Shown here: one piece after another, positions 13,025 to 26,039 of the stretch | Position numbering within the stretch: position 1 is the first letter of the stretch | Layout: each line of letters opens with the position of its first letter | Origin: Lingula anatina | Lineage: Eukaryota > Animalia > Brachiopoda | DNA length: 64,000 bases | Assembly (NCBI GenBank): GCA_051362555.1 | Contig: CM120642.1 | Coordinates: forward strand, 1,302,001 to 1,366,000 | Direction of reading: 5' to 3' | Program-made: the position numbers and the translations under genes | The notes under the pieces: model-generated | Told to the model about the DNA's origin: nothing | Databases searched by the model: none | The model's input: the letters and a program-made list of their open reading frames with translations, nothing else

Positions 13025-16000
13025 ACTGTTTTCTTTCCACAGTGACTCCAATGAAATCAATAAAAGCAATCTTGCCACTTCTACTTGGAAAATAGAACTT
13101 CAGCTACGTATTAAATCCTGGCTGTTTCTCTTGTTTAAGTTTCCTTCATTTGCATGTGAGTTGTGTATTGCGACTCAATTTCATCTCACACTGTTTTGGT
13201 TTTGTATTGTGAAAGAAATTCATTCGACAATTGAATAATGCCGCGAGTGTCAGATTCTCTGCAAGCCTGGGTAGATGGTGAAATGGCGTCAGTTCTTACA
13301 TGCACTAATCATGCAATGGCTCCTATGCCTCAGAGCTTGCATACAAAATGTGCAAAATAAATCACTAATCTTCACAAATTCCCAGTCCTCTGCTCTGCTA
13401 CTATTGCAAATTAAACAGGAAATAAGTTTCATTCAGACTTTACAACCCAACACCCTTGCTAATTCAGCATAAAGATACGATGACGAAAGTGAAATGCTAC
13501 TCCAGCCTCCCTTGAAAAATCTTTGTCATCAAGGTTTTTTCTTTAAGCAGAAAAGAGCAGTTAGTGTGGATGTATTATTGGCACTGCTGCAAATGATTAG
13601 AAATATCCATCGCTCATTCTGACTGGTAAATCTCCTTCTAGGCAGAGAGTGGCTCCAGTCTACTCAAAGAAAATCACAAGAAATAAGTTTTCTGTGTAGC
13701 CCTAGAGACCTTGAAGACTTCACTCCCACATTCTTGAGAAACCTTTCAATTAACTTCTAGAACCTGTAATGTAATAGGATTTTTCTTGTCTTAATTTGTG
13801 TCTCTTTTAAATGGGATGATTCCTTATCTGCTGTCTGTCACACCAGCTCCCTGTTGCCAATGCTTCACTGACTGTCCATCTAATTCATAGTTGCTCTGTC
13901 TCCTATCTACCTGACTAAAATATTTCCAGTATTTATTTGTGCTCTGTTTTTCTTTTCTTTTCTCAACAATAAATTCAGTTTGATCTGGTATGACGAATTT
14001 CCCACCAATCTTTATTACAAAGCCTGCACTTTTTCTATCAATGTGCCAACAGTGTCTCAACAGCGTCTTTTAAATTTCTTCAATGGTCTAAAAATTTTTC
14101 CATTCCCACACGAAAAAACTCATCCTCTATCAGCATCTTCTAACAACAGACTGAGTGAGTTTTTCCACATTCAAACCCCTATAGGTCAACAGCATAAATC
14201 TCTCTCCAGGGACTTGGCCTATTGGTCAATCTTCCCCACTTGACAATCAATGATAGTAAATAGAATATCACGCTCACGATTCAGACTACTTTGATTCCAC
14301 CACGGAGGAGCGAAGATGGCCAGTCAGTCAATCAGAGTGTCTGCGAAAAGCACCCTCTTGGGGAGACGCAAGTTCCACATCAGTATCTTCGATGAGTAAA
14401 TATTTCAACACTGGTAAGTTGCACTCTGGAGAGAAAATCCAATCTATTCAAAATGTCCCTCTGAAATGCAGAAATTGCTGACCAAACAGAAGCAAGTGTC
14501 ACTGTTAGATTCCCTCCGTTAACAGTGTGAAATTGCTTCTCTGGAGAATAACTTGCTTTTCTATAAATCCTCTAGTTCACAAATGTCTTTGCTGAAGCTG
14601 AACGGATATCAATTCCTAAAGCTTGTCTGTTTTAGAATTAATCGGCATCGGTTGCAAGTTTATCTACACTTGGAAACAGTTTCTCATGTCTTCTATGAAA
14701 TAATATCAATTTATCTAACTTTGTCTGCTTTTCAAGTTGGTAGTCTACAATGCAAGTTATGAAGCTGCGGTAACAGTATCAGATCAAATGCAAAACTATT
14801 GCAAATACATCTGCTGTCAGATAAAAGTTAATTTTCAAACCAGTAGGAAATCCAATCTCCTCTGATCTGCATAGGAAACAATGAGAAGTCCACTTGACTT
14901 TAATGAAATTCCTCCTTGTTGCATTCCCTTTTACTGAGCACTCTGTTTCATGTATGTTCTTTGTTGCTACAGCCAGAAACAGAGAGCAATATTTACAATG
15001 TCTTGCTTTTTAATACCCATAAAATGCATCATCGATGTAAAACACCATGAAGTCCTTGTAAAGTGATTTACTGACACTTTCCTCACTTCTCTCTCTTTTT
15101 AATTTCCTTTTTCATCAGGATGTGCCCCACTTACAAATCCAATCTTTCATCCTGATAAAAATGTTGTCACCATAATCTTTTGCAAAATGCTCCTATTTTT
15201 TATTTCATGGACTGATAAATGATGATCGCAATAGATTCACTTCCTGATATCTTCCACTGCTACAGTATACATCTATCTCCCTCCCTGTTACTCTCTCCGT
15301 CTGTCCCTCCCGTCAGGCACCGTCTTGCTATCTATTATACACTTGATAACACACAAGTGTTACCTCAGGCTTACATAAGTCCCTAATTTCCTCAGGTCAG
15401 ACCAATTAGTACAGTAATTATATCACCTTGCAGGTGCCACCAGGAAATAAAGCCTCTCCTAACTCCACTCACCCCAGTCTTTCCCTATGAACTCCACCGG
15501 TTCTTTGATCATTTCAATCTACTAGAATGTATCAGCATGGCAGTTTTCATATGAAGTGGAGATTTATGCTTAAACCATACAGCTTCACATGGAGATTCAG
15601 GGTCCTTAATCAGGTGAAGGGATCCACCTGTTCAAAATGGTCAATCAATGGTTGGAAACAAGTGCTAGGTAGAAGGTGGTCAAGCTGGCCCAAATTATCC
15701 AGCCAATGACCTCAGTAAGCCAGGTATGCAATCCTTAGATAATAGGTGGAATTGAGACAAATTGCTGCATACGGCTCCTGTGTGGGGTGTCTTGGGTAGA
15801 ATATTATGGGATGGTAACAGGTGGAAATCTCAGCATTTGATATCATGGTGATACAATTTTGTGACTGCCTGCTGGGATAGAAATTCCAATTTATTTGGCA
15901 TCTTCTGGCATTTGATTTTTAAAATCTATTTCAACCAATAATTTTTAAGGTAAATATTGTTAGCCATGTTGACAAAAATTCACCCAGTAGCTGGATAAAT

Positions 16001-19000
16001 ACAGTGATTGGCACCAATGTTGATCCTCACTTATCTAGATTAAGACTATCTTGTGTAATCAGAAGGAAGTGAAGTCATCATCAGGTCTACAGCGGATTAT
16101 TATCTTTTCACTTTCTGCTCTTCTCTCTAGTCACTGATACCTCTCACAATTTGATTGCCTTTTATCTGATCATGGTAGGCATATCGCACCGCTTTCATCA
16201 CGGCTTGCATTTCCACTTAATCTAATCATGATCTTTGAATTGCAATATTACTTTGCCCTCTGTCACCTTACCTCATAATACCCGCAATTATACAGAAGCG
16301 CCTGTAATTTCTAGATGCAATATCTTTTTTTTTGTCTCAAAAATAATGTTTATTCTGAAACATTTCTATATGAAAGCCTATTGTTGAGAAAAACAATGAT
16401 TTTCAAAGTACCTCAGAAATATTCAATCATTTCTAGACACTCTTTTATCAGAAAAAAACGGATTGTATTGACATTCAAATTCTATGTGCAGTGCAGCTGA
16501 AATAAAATTACCTTTGATTATGATGCCATTATAAAGGGGAATCGTCTATTGGGAAAAGTGAGTTGCATAAAGAAGGAAATGAGGCATAAATGGGATATTT
16601 TTTAATTAAGTCCCCAGGTAGGTTTTACATGGAAGGCAATCTTTAGGGAACACTCCATGAATTATAGCTATCCTGATCATGACCAATATTTAAATGCATG
16701 TTCTGCTGCTTGAATTCAGATCATGATAATTAAAATTTTCCATTTGAACACAGATCATTTGGGAATATTAATTATACTTTTTTTTCTTTTAATAAATGGA
16801 TAAATAATTGAATCTAAGGCAAAGCTAGCCCCAAAGGAAACATTAAAAGCCTGATGAAGTCTGCTCTCTCATTAAGAATTATGTAAATATTGCAAGGGTA
16901 TTTCATTATGACACATTGTGCTTTGATAATGAAATACTGGTGTTTTCAGTGCTTATTATTTCAACCTATCATAATAATAACACCATTGTTCTTATCAATA
17001 ACTTCAAAAAATCTAAGTTAAGTTTCCAGGTAAGTTGGTCCATCCTAACTCAGAACAATCAATCCCCGCTTGCCATCTGCTTCCAACTAGGCCTTCAAAC
17101 TTTTTAGTCTTTTTAAAACTCAAAAAAAGTAAACAGAAGTCAGGTTATTTTCCTTTTGTATTCAACACGGAGAGACTTCTTCTTTTGAAAATGTCCACAA
17201 AGGCCGAATAGTTCAAAATCAGGCGTGTCAATCACACGATCCAGGGTCAACACACAGACAGAAGACACAGGGCAGTTAACGTGTGATGAATGAATACAAC
17301 ATTTTCAGACAACTCACAATAAGACTTTCCACAAACACATTTAAAATCTTTGTTTCCTGAACTTAAGATGGTATTGTAGTTGAGGTTATTTTCTGACCCC
17401 TGGTTATTGAAAACTCATTAAGCCGATACAGAGTGACAGGAGACATTTGGTTGAGTGTATATTGGGTAAAAGTCTTATAATTTCTAAGGTGTCTCCATTT
17501 TCATAAGTTTGCAAATGGACTTAGTGGATACATAAGTAACCAATTTTATTGTCGTAAATTTAAAAAGGGAGGAACTTCCAAACTCCATAAGGAGAAATTC
17601 TTTTATTGGCTCCTGGAGAAAGGTTTCATATCTTAAGTGAATTTAGTGATATTATTACATGTAGCACATGCTGTACTTATGTTGACTTGTGGTCTTTTCA
17701 AATAAGACCCAGAGCAACTGAATGACAGAGAAATGACCAATTTCCCCTATGACATGCCATGCTGTTAACACTTCTCAAATCTTCTCAGTGTCCATTATTT
17801 GACCACCAACATCGTCAACATTGCCAGACAGACTAAGTCACTGTATCCTACAGTATGTGATCCAACAATAGGAAATTCTTCAATTTGGAAGTGTTAAATC
17901 TTCCAATACAAACAGACAGATTGAAAACAATTTCACTGATGAAAAGGGACTGAAACTCCCTTGTGAAGTGAACGTGACAGCTGCAACAGATTGGTCACTA
18001 AGGTTTCACTTGACCATCCACAGTGGACATGTCTTTCCACTTTATCACTTTGTCAAATTTTGTATAATTTGCCATGGTCATCACTGAAAACTAAAAGGCA
18101 TTTCCACCATCTTAATAATGTTTCCCAAACCAATGATATGCTTGAACAAAAGTTTAGAAGACGTGTTCATAATAAAGCCAAAAGCGTGCTTAATCCACCT
18201 TTACTTTACTTGGATGAATATTGGACTTTTCATTTCTTTCAGAATAACAAATCAAAGCTTTACAGACATTCATTTATGGATTTCATTTCAACTGCATCTT
18301 CATATTATTCAGAATATTGACCTAAGTTAATTGAATCCTTCCGAAATAATTGACAATACTGATAAAATAAAATTACCCAATATTGACAACACTTCATACA
18401 ATTTTCACCACAGGGTCATCAGTTCTACACATAACACATATGTCTCCAATGAAAGAATACCTTTTCAAATATGAAACAAACCTGAAATCTTCACAAATAG
18501 ATGTGTGTTCTTGTCTATGGTCAAGTCAACCATCTGCTTCCAGTGCATCAAAATAGCTACAATATATCAAGGTACAATTTCATAATTGCATAATGTGTAC
18601 GGATATATTTGAATGTGCATGAAACGGGTTTTGTTCCCCCACAAAAGAGACTGCCTCAGCCACATGGTGTGATTGGCCCTTAGCCCCAGGGTGTCTTTGA
18701 TATCCCCAGGGGGCCCTAAACATTGCACAGTAATCCATAGTAAAACATACATTTGGTTCAGTCTCTTTAACCTATTCTATTACAAATTTAATTTTGACTG
18801 TGACAGCTAGGTATCAACTGTCACAGTATGAAGACCAGGACATGTACTTTAAATCCTTCTTTCTATCATCTTTAAAAGTTTTCCAGAAACATAATGGTCT
18901 CGTGTCATATTCTACCTCTGATGTGTTATCCTGACAAGGTGCCAAGGAAATAAGCCACCATTTTATGACCAACCCAGAAATTTCCCTGCAACAAGCCATA

Positions 19001-19629
19001 ATCTGAAACTACTACCATAATCTGACGTTCTAAATATGTCTGAATTAGCCGCCATTGCTGGACACCACATTATCTGCCATTCCCACACACAATGGCTGAG
19101 CAAGTCAACCCCAATCTACGAGATGTCTGGGCACCAGATAAATACCCCTCTATTTCTGTTTTGCACTCAATTAAACTGGACACTTTCTCCCCACTGGAAT
19201 CAATAAGGGACCTCCGCCATATTATCTCCTCCAGTTGTTATTAAATGGCTGATCACGGGATTAACTTAAGAAGGCTTTTCAGCATGTAGCAGAGACTACC
19301 TCTATTAGTCTGCTATGTGGAGATGATTGGGTTTATTAAGGTAATGTACTGTCAATATCCCAACTGTCAGCTCAGACTGATCTTTAACGATAAGGACACT
19401 CCCTGAGTACTGCTATTCACCTGTAGGTATTATAAACAATGAGAGCAGAAATTACTTTTCTTTTCTTCTTCATAGATGAGTTGCATTTTTGCTCCAAGCT
19501 TTTAATATGGAAGATTTCATTATATTAAGGTATAAATTTAAATATTTTTTCATTTTACCTACTTTTTCAACTTCAACCAAATCCAGATATACCTAAAATA
19601 TCATACTTACTAATTTTTGACATTGGATC

Positions 19630-19660
<31 letters not shown>

Positions 19661-21524
19661 GACTTGATGACTAAGTAACAAGACAATAAGAATCATGTGT
19701 AAAACTATTTGGGATTTTTTTTTTATTATTTCATCAAATATAAAAAAGAAATCCTTGTATAATCTTTTTAGTGTATGGCCTTGCCTTATCAATAGCATTT
19801 ATTAATGCCTTCTTCTGGCAACAATACTTACAACCAGGTACAAGACATGGGCAATTTATGTTATACAATTGTGTTAGTTGTCCTATAGATTGTGTTAGGT
19901 TGTGAAGCACAATCCATATGCACAACACATTCACTTTTCACAAGGCCCTGGCTATGCATATCATTGTGCTAATCCCAAGACTGTAAACTGAAGGTTAATT
20001 TCCTAAGGAAAAAGGCTTTCCTTTAATGGCCAAAAATCATTACTTTCTAAATAGACAGCATCAATCATATTTCTTTCTAATATTGCCACAAGAAATACTA
20101 GCAGTACTATTACAGAGCCTTTTTCCTCAACCAAACCTTCAATTTTACCAACAGCGTAATTTACAATCACTGGCATATTCCACTACACGAGGCAATCAAA
20201 AGTGTGTCATGCAATTTCTCAATGAAATGTCCCCGTCTTCTTGGGCTGAATAGAAGTTGTTGCAAGATGGTATTGTAGGTAATGTAGGTACTGTTAATTT
20301 TTTTTACTCTGTGTAAGCACTTCTTGGCATATTTCTTATTTGTCTACTATCCTGGCTGAATTTTCACATAAATGATACAACACACACACTCACATGCATT
20401 CACACAAAAAGAGGCACACATACCGACATAAAGGCTCTTAGTCCATAATTTTGGAATAATCAAATATATTCTTCATTGATAACTAAGAAAGAGAAACAGA
20501 AGAAAAGCCACTCATACATGGAACATTTTCAGCACTTAGTAATCACAAAACTGCATTAAAAATGAAAGTGTTATCAGATATTTGCACATGAAAAATTCAT
20601 ACAATCAATTGACTGGACAGTTCAAGGCACAGGCCTCTTGAGGGGAAATGAATGTTTTTTAACCAAAATAAATCCCATGAGTTCCGCGCTATTTCACAGA
20701 AAGAGTACCTACTAACCCAAATCCAACAATCCTCTAGAGCACAGAATAATAAATTTCTGATCAATCCTCTCCAACTTATAATCTAAATACCTAAATACCA
20801 TTCCATATATGCCCATTCTGTAACAATGAAACTTCTCAAAATTCTATCTGGCATCTTAACTAAGAAACTACCACATAGGCACATTTTACAAAAGTGAAAC
20901 CCTTTTATCAATACCTTATGCTTGATTTAAGTCCATAAGTTTGTGGTTTTGGTCTTTTGAAGAATTAGTAGTTCTTCTTCTTTTCAATGCTGTTCCATTT
21001 CCATACCTGCTCTCCATCCTTAACATGTATGTGAACAACTTAATCTAGCATGGACCCAGACCAACTATACTTAGAACAACCTTCCTGACTTTTCAGTTCA
21101 TTAAATAAAGCTAAGTTGATCCTAACAGGCACCTGTTAACTACAGGTATTACACCCTGGCCAATCCAGTGCCCTCCAGACAAATTACTGCATACCTTTCC
21201 TTCTTGTTCTTATGTGCACCTTCAACATATTTTACACTGTTGTGTTTATTGAGATGAAAACATTTTCAATACAAAACATGCATCCATCATCTGCACTAAT
21301 TATATGTGTAAATATTGAATGGGATAGAGGAATTAGGTAAGATAAGGAAACTTGATAAAAATTTCATACAAGCCACACATCAAAGGTTTTACATCTCATC
21401 TAGCATTAATAATGAAATATTATAAAACCAAGAATTTTTGAAGAGTCACTTACAAAATGGTTTATCAGAAAACAATTTATAAAAACAAACAAACCAACCA
21501 ACAAACAAACAAACAAAATCTTAC

Positions 21525-21767
21525 TTGGTGGCATAAGGGCACTTCCTCGTGTCGTCTGCACCAAATAATAGGTGGCGTCACTCGCGCTACTCCTTGGGTC
21601 ACTTCCCCCATAAAGCCCTGAAGGCGGACGAGGGTCTATTTCTGTATACTGGTGCCGACTCCGAGGTCTGTTAAAACCAATGGGAACTGATTCGTCTAAT
21701 GGCGGTGGCGGAGGTGGCGGAATTGGCGGAAGTCTTGGCAATGTTGGAGCCTCCGTGAAGTCAATTA
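21525..21767 (-). CDS. TENM: Coding exon 3 (243 nt, phase 1-1), proline-rich
   Basis: Acceptor TTTTTATCTCATTTAG| and donor CAA|GTAAGA. GC/CpG-rich against the AT-rich flanks. Encodes (I)IDFTEAPTLPRLPPIPPPPPPPLDESVPIGFNRPRSRHQYTEIDPRPPSGLYGG...ALMPP and is the real core of track ORF 21406-21834. Polyproline tracts are typical of teneurin ICDs. Confidence 0.8.
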
Positions 21768-22500
21768 CTAAATGAGATAAAAAAAGATGCAATAAAACAA
21801 TACACAATCCAAAAAGGAAATTATCATCCATCAATCCCAGTGGGTTGGCATTTTAAACAATGTAATTAAGTAATGTTAGTGTAATTACAGATATCTGTTA
21901 GTGACATTTGGATCATATTTGATAGCATCATTGTCAATCCTTTGTGGATTTGCATAAAATTCAAGCTGCTATGATTACCTTCTGTTACAATTCACATTTC
22001 AGAATCTTAGCAAAAAAAGGGAATAAGGTTGGGTGACCAGACCTTACCATGGATATTTTATAGAGACTGGTTAATCTCTTTTCTATTATTGCCTCATTAT
22101 AACCATCTGGCACATACTGTTATCTAATGCTGTATATTAACTAAAACCTATTACAGTTGTTCCAGTATTTTTGAAGTCGAGCTGATACACAAAGGTTTAA
22201 CAATGGAATTTAACATGAAACTTCGTGAGAGATCTCTTGCAGGACCTAAGCCTGGTCAACTGATGAAAAGAAAGCTATCAGTAACAAACCCAAGCAATTC
22301 TGATGTAGTGTAGCTGACTTCAAAAACATTCTTATTACTTTATAAAACACTACTTCATTTCACTTCCCCTTTTTTTCCATACTATATCTACAGGTACCAC
22401 ATACACACTTCCTGCCAGACCTTTATTAGTTTTTTCAAGCAATCTCCTCTTTGGCGGGATCAATAGCCATGAATAACTGATAGAGGCAATAATGAAGCTG

Positions 22501-22575
22501 GGTTCAGAAAGGTTTCATCTGGTTCAAAAATGTTTCAGTAGGTTCAGAGAGTTTCAGTAAAAACAGTTTCAGATC
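22501..22575. repeat. Degenerate ~20-bp minisatellite
   Basis: GGTTCA.AAA.GTTTCA units, about 3-4 copies. Confidence 0.55.
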
Positions 22576-23649
22576 TTTAATAAAAAAGTTTTAGTAGGCA
22601 TAAAAAGAAAATTCTTCCATAACATAAAAGTTAGACTGCAAAATAACAAACCAACAAAGGCAAAAACATCCTCTTTATTGGACATAAAAAATTCAGATTG
22701 GGACGGGCGTTGTGACAGTGAAGATTGTTAGTTAATGAAGGTTTCAAGATGCAGGTGCCTTTTTGTCTAAATACAGTGCTCTCCTGAGGACACGACTAAA
22801 ATACTGCCTCACAAAAACTCATTTGAAGCCATCTAATGCAATGTTGACATCATAAGTGCCATCAAGTTATACTGAATAGTGTGGCACATATTTCCTTCCT
22901 TACACTAATGTGCAATAAGGCAAGACATTCATCAGCATCTTTCTTTCAAATTGCTCTAACATAAAATGGCAATAATCAATGTTTGATACCAGAAAAATGT
23001 TTCCTTCTAAAAGTAGACAACTTGCAAACAGCTATAAAATATATATATATATGGTCAACTTACAAAAACAAAGTGAAACATATTTTACTTATACAGTAGT
23101 TATATATTTCAGGTAATTTGCGTGTTTACTTTTAATATGATTTCACATATAGAAAATTTGCAATATTAATAATGTCCCCCCCCCCCCCCCATTAGGCCTG
23201 CATAAATTTCTTCCGCCAAAACAAAATACTTGAAACTCCTCACAGTAGATATCACTGACGTTAATAGAGATTATACTTGATATAAAAAATAACATCAGCT
23301 CAATTCATGTCTATTTATGAAAGTCTTTTACAGCATATTAATTTGCATGCAATCAATGTAAACTTAATTAGAAAAAATACAGAAAACTGCAGGCAAATTT
23401 GTATAAAGTCATTCGGCACCTTTATTTTTCACAATCACCAATATCAGTAAGGTTTACCTAATAGTTGTTCATGAGACAAGGTCTTTCACAAGGAAAAACA
23501 AACAAACAAAAAAGCATGAACTTTATCACAACTCAAATTAGAAAAATAAATACAATACAAGACAGAACTCCTCTTAAAAAATTTAATTTCCTAATGACTA
23601 CCAAAAACAAATGAAAAACTTGATCATTGACTATAGATTTCTCATACTC

Positions 23650-24143
23650 TTCTGTTGTGCGTGGGTTTCACGTTTATAGATTTTACTGGAAACCAGATAT
23701 CGGTGAAACACCGATGGTGGATGTTGATGATCCAGTCGGCCGACAGAAGTTAAGAAATGATAATAAACAGTAAGTAATTTATGTGTTCTGATGCTTTCAA
23801 TAATTTCTAAATAACAATAGGGTTTTAAAACTGGCCTGCAGCTGCCGGCGGGCAGATTGAGTCCTTCTATCGTCTCATTCAAAAACAGCACAAATACATG
23901 ATAACAATCTCTCCTGTCAAGTGGCAGTTCCTTTGTTTAGAACGGTGGTCTGAAAACTCGCTCTGACGAATCATGGGGCGAGTTTCAATTGGGTACACTT
24001 TCTTGCGTTCGGAAAATTTAAATTGTGCCCAAGGTGAGTTAAGCGATTGATCGTACAGAACGGAGACAAAAAATTCAGATTCAGAGAAAAAACGTTCCGT
24101 TCGTAATTATTGCGGCGTTCGTATAGATTGGAGAATTACCGTA
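23650..24143. mobile_element. CpG-rich insertion, probably a truncated DNA transposon fragment
   Basis: Abrupt CpG enrichment ending in ...GGAGAATTACCG followed by TA, which resembles a Tc1/mariner-pogo terminus plus TA. The matching TIR was not found and the left boundary is approximate. Confidence 0.4.
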
Positions 24144-24146
24144 CCT

Positions 24147-24183
24147 GTGTGAGTGTGTTGGTGTGTGTGTGTGTGTGTGTGTG
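24147..24183. repeat. (GT)n microsatellite
   Basis: Interrupted GT dinucleotide run next to the CpG-rich fragment. Confidence 0.85.
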
Positions 24184-25423
24184 CATGTCTACATGCATTG
24201 GAGGTGTTTGTGTGTAATGTTGAAGTCCATATGAGTTTAAACGTATTCCCAGAATAAAACCTGTGGACATAAATAGCATAAATCGCTACAGAAATGAGGC
24301 TTGAATTGGACAGCAATATCACAAAACCCTCATGATAGATCACAATACTTGTCATAATTGTAAAAAATATTAGCAAACCAGTTTTCTTGAATCTTGTTAT
24401 TCTGTCAAAAATATTGACATTCACTTTTTCATCTATTATCACAAGAGTGATTCAGAATCACTTTGCTTTGTTCCAGTAATTTTCACATTTAGCTTCATTA
24501 TTTACATGCATTCAGAAACTGAAGCAAAATCAATGGCCATACACTCCATAGTAAAACCACCACATGGTTTCATCAAAAATTCATTATTCATTGGAAAACA
24601 TCTGATATTATGGTAACAACCTAATAGTACTTTCTACCTATACATCAAGTGTCCAATGTAATGACCCCCAAGGGAACCCCAAATTTGGTCCATGAAATAA
24701 AAAAATACTTCACATTTCAGACCGTTGTCAAGGAAACTGAATGATATCAATCACATAGGCATATTTGTAAATAGGGATACAAGAACCACTTAAGAGAGGA
24801 TGTTGTAAGGTTTTCAACAGATGTAAAGTTTGGTCCCTCTTTAAAGGTACATGAACGTAGAGATAGAATAGTTCAGGAAGATAATATCTCATTAAAATAT
24901 TATTTTATCTTCAGTGAAGATGAAGTAGTTTAATTTACTACTCAAGTACTATACTTCAAAATCACTAGTCAATATTTTTTATAAGCGTCCAATGTAAATT
25001 TGCTATACCCAGTGTTGGGGGGTTGTGGTAGGTGAGATGTACAATTGTGTTAGGAGAACTCTGCACATTTCTGGTTATCAATATCACCGTTTGCAGGTTC
25101 AAGGTACCTCTAATCGCTAGGAATGAATCTCTTTCTTTGGCTTTTGTTTCATGTCAGATTTCCACATAAAGCAATTTACAGTCTGTCTTCTGTTAACATT
25201 GCACATATGTAAAATATCTTAAGAATGTTAGCTGCATAATATTATGTGTATAATTCTGATTTAGCCATTTTTTTTACCTCAAGAGCAAAAATTTATCATT
25301 AACTGTCAGACAGTTTCATAAAAATATCAAATCCTTAGTTTTGATAAAACCTCAATACCATACACAATACCAGACCATGTTTTACGACTGTTTTCAGGTA
25401 AGTTAAAAAAAAACACCACTCAC

Positions 25424-25723
25424 TGTTGGAAGTCCATGGTTCTTCATAATGTTGCTCTTCATAGCCTGTACAAGGATTTATAGTCACATGTGGTAAGTGT
25501 CTCTGTGAACGATGTGCATTCTCCTCAGATGACAGGGAATTATGGGAGTTTTTCTTCCTTCGTCTCTCCCTTTTATCATAGTTATAATGTTTTGGAGATC
25601 TTACTGGATCTCGTTCAGTGTCAGATTCTGCGTCTCCCTCTGATCCGCTAACATCGTAGCTATATAAACGATTCTGATCATAAGAGTCTATTGGCGATAT
25701 GGCACTTTCTTCTTGTGTGAGAA
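25424..25723 (-). CDS. TENM: Coding exon 2 (300 nt, phase 1-1), teneurin ICD-like
   Basis: Acceptor TTTTATTCTTCTGCTTCAG| and donor ACA|GTGAGT. Open frame (V)LTQEESAISPIDSYDQNRLYSYDVSGSEGDAESDTERDPVRSPKHYNYDKRERRRKKNSHNSLSSEENA...EEPWTSN. The ordered motifs GSxxDAxSDTE...SPxH...basic...LSSxEN match the vertebrate teneurin ICD segment GSDADSDTE..SPEH...SGLSSREN as I recall it. The ORF track misses this exon because it has no start codon. Confidence 0.8.
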
Positions 25724-25985
25724 CTGAAGCAGAAGAATAAAATCAAATGAAAGTGACTAAAATAAAAATTTGTGAATATTAACTTTGGACAATTAACTGT
25801 TAAGCAATAACTCATTAATTAATAGTTTATTGTCCAAAGTGATTCATACCCTATGAACTTCTTATAAGATAAGATTAATATTCCTTTAAGCATTTTAAAT
25901 ACTGAAAGGAAATTTTGACAGAATGACCTGGATATTTTGTCCAGAAAAATTCAGTCTCAAACTGTGCGAGTATAAACAGTACACT

Positions 25986-26039
25986 CCACTAGATGTCAGC
26001 ACCTGCTAGGAACATAAATCCACTACCAGGTGTCAGCAC
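25986..26039 (+). promoter_or_regulatory. Tandem pair of CTCF-like motifs
   Basis: CCACTAGATGTCAGCAC (25986) and CTACCAGGTGTCAGCAC (26023), versus consensus CCASYAGRKGGCRS. Confidence 0.5.

Noticed and set aside
13824-14060. Minus-strand ORF as an additional coding exon
   Set aside because: Non-ATG start, in-frame stop immediately upstream and no convincing flanking splice pair.
21768-21834. Hydrophobic signal-peptide-like N-terminus of ORF 21406-21834
   Set aside because: It is the translated polypyrimidine tract of the intron. The hydrophobic C-terminus is likewise a (TTTG)n intronic repeat after the donor.
25388-25404. Plus-strand TTTTCAG|GTAAGT sites (also near 17022-17035) as recursive splice sites
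   Set aside because: Antisense to the only supported gene, with no plus-strand gene evident.
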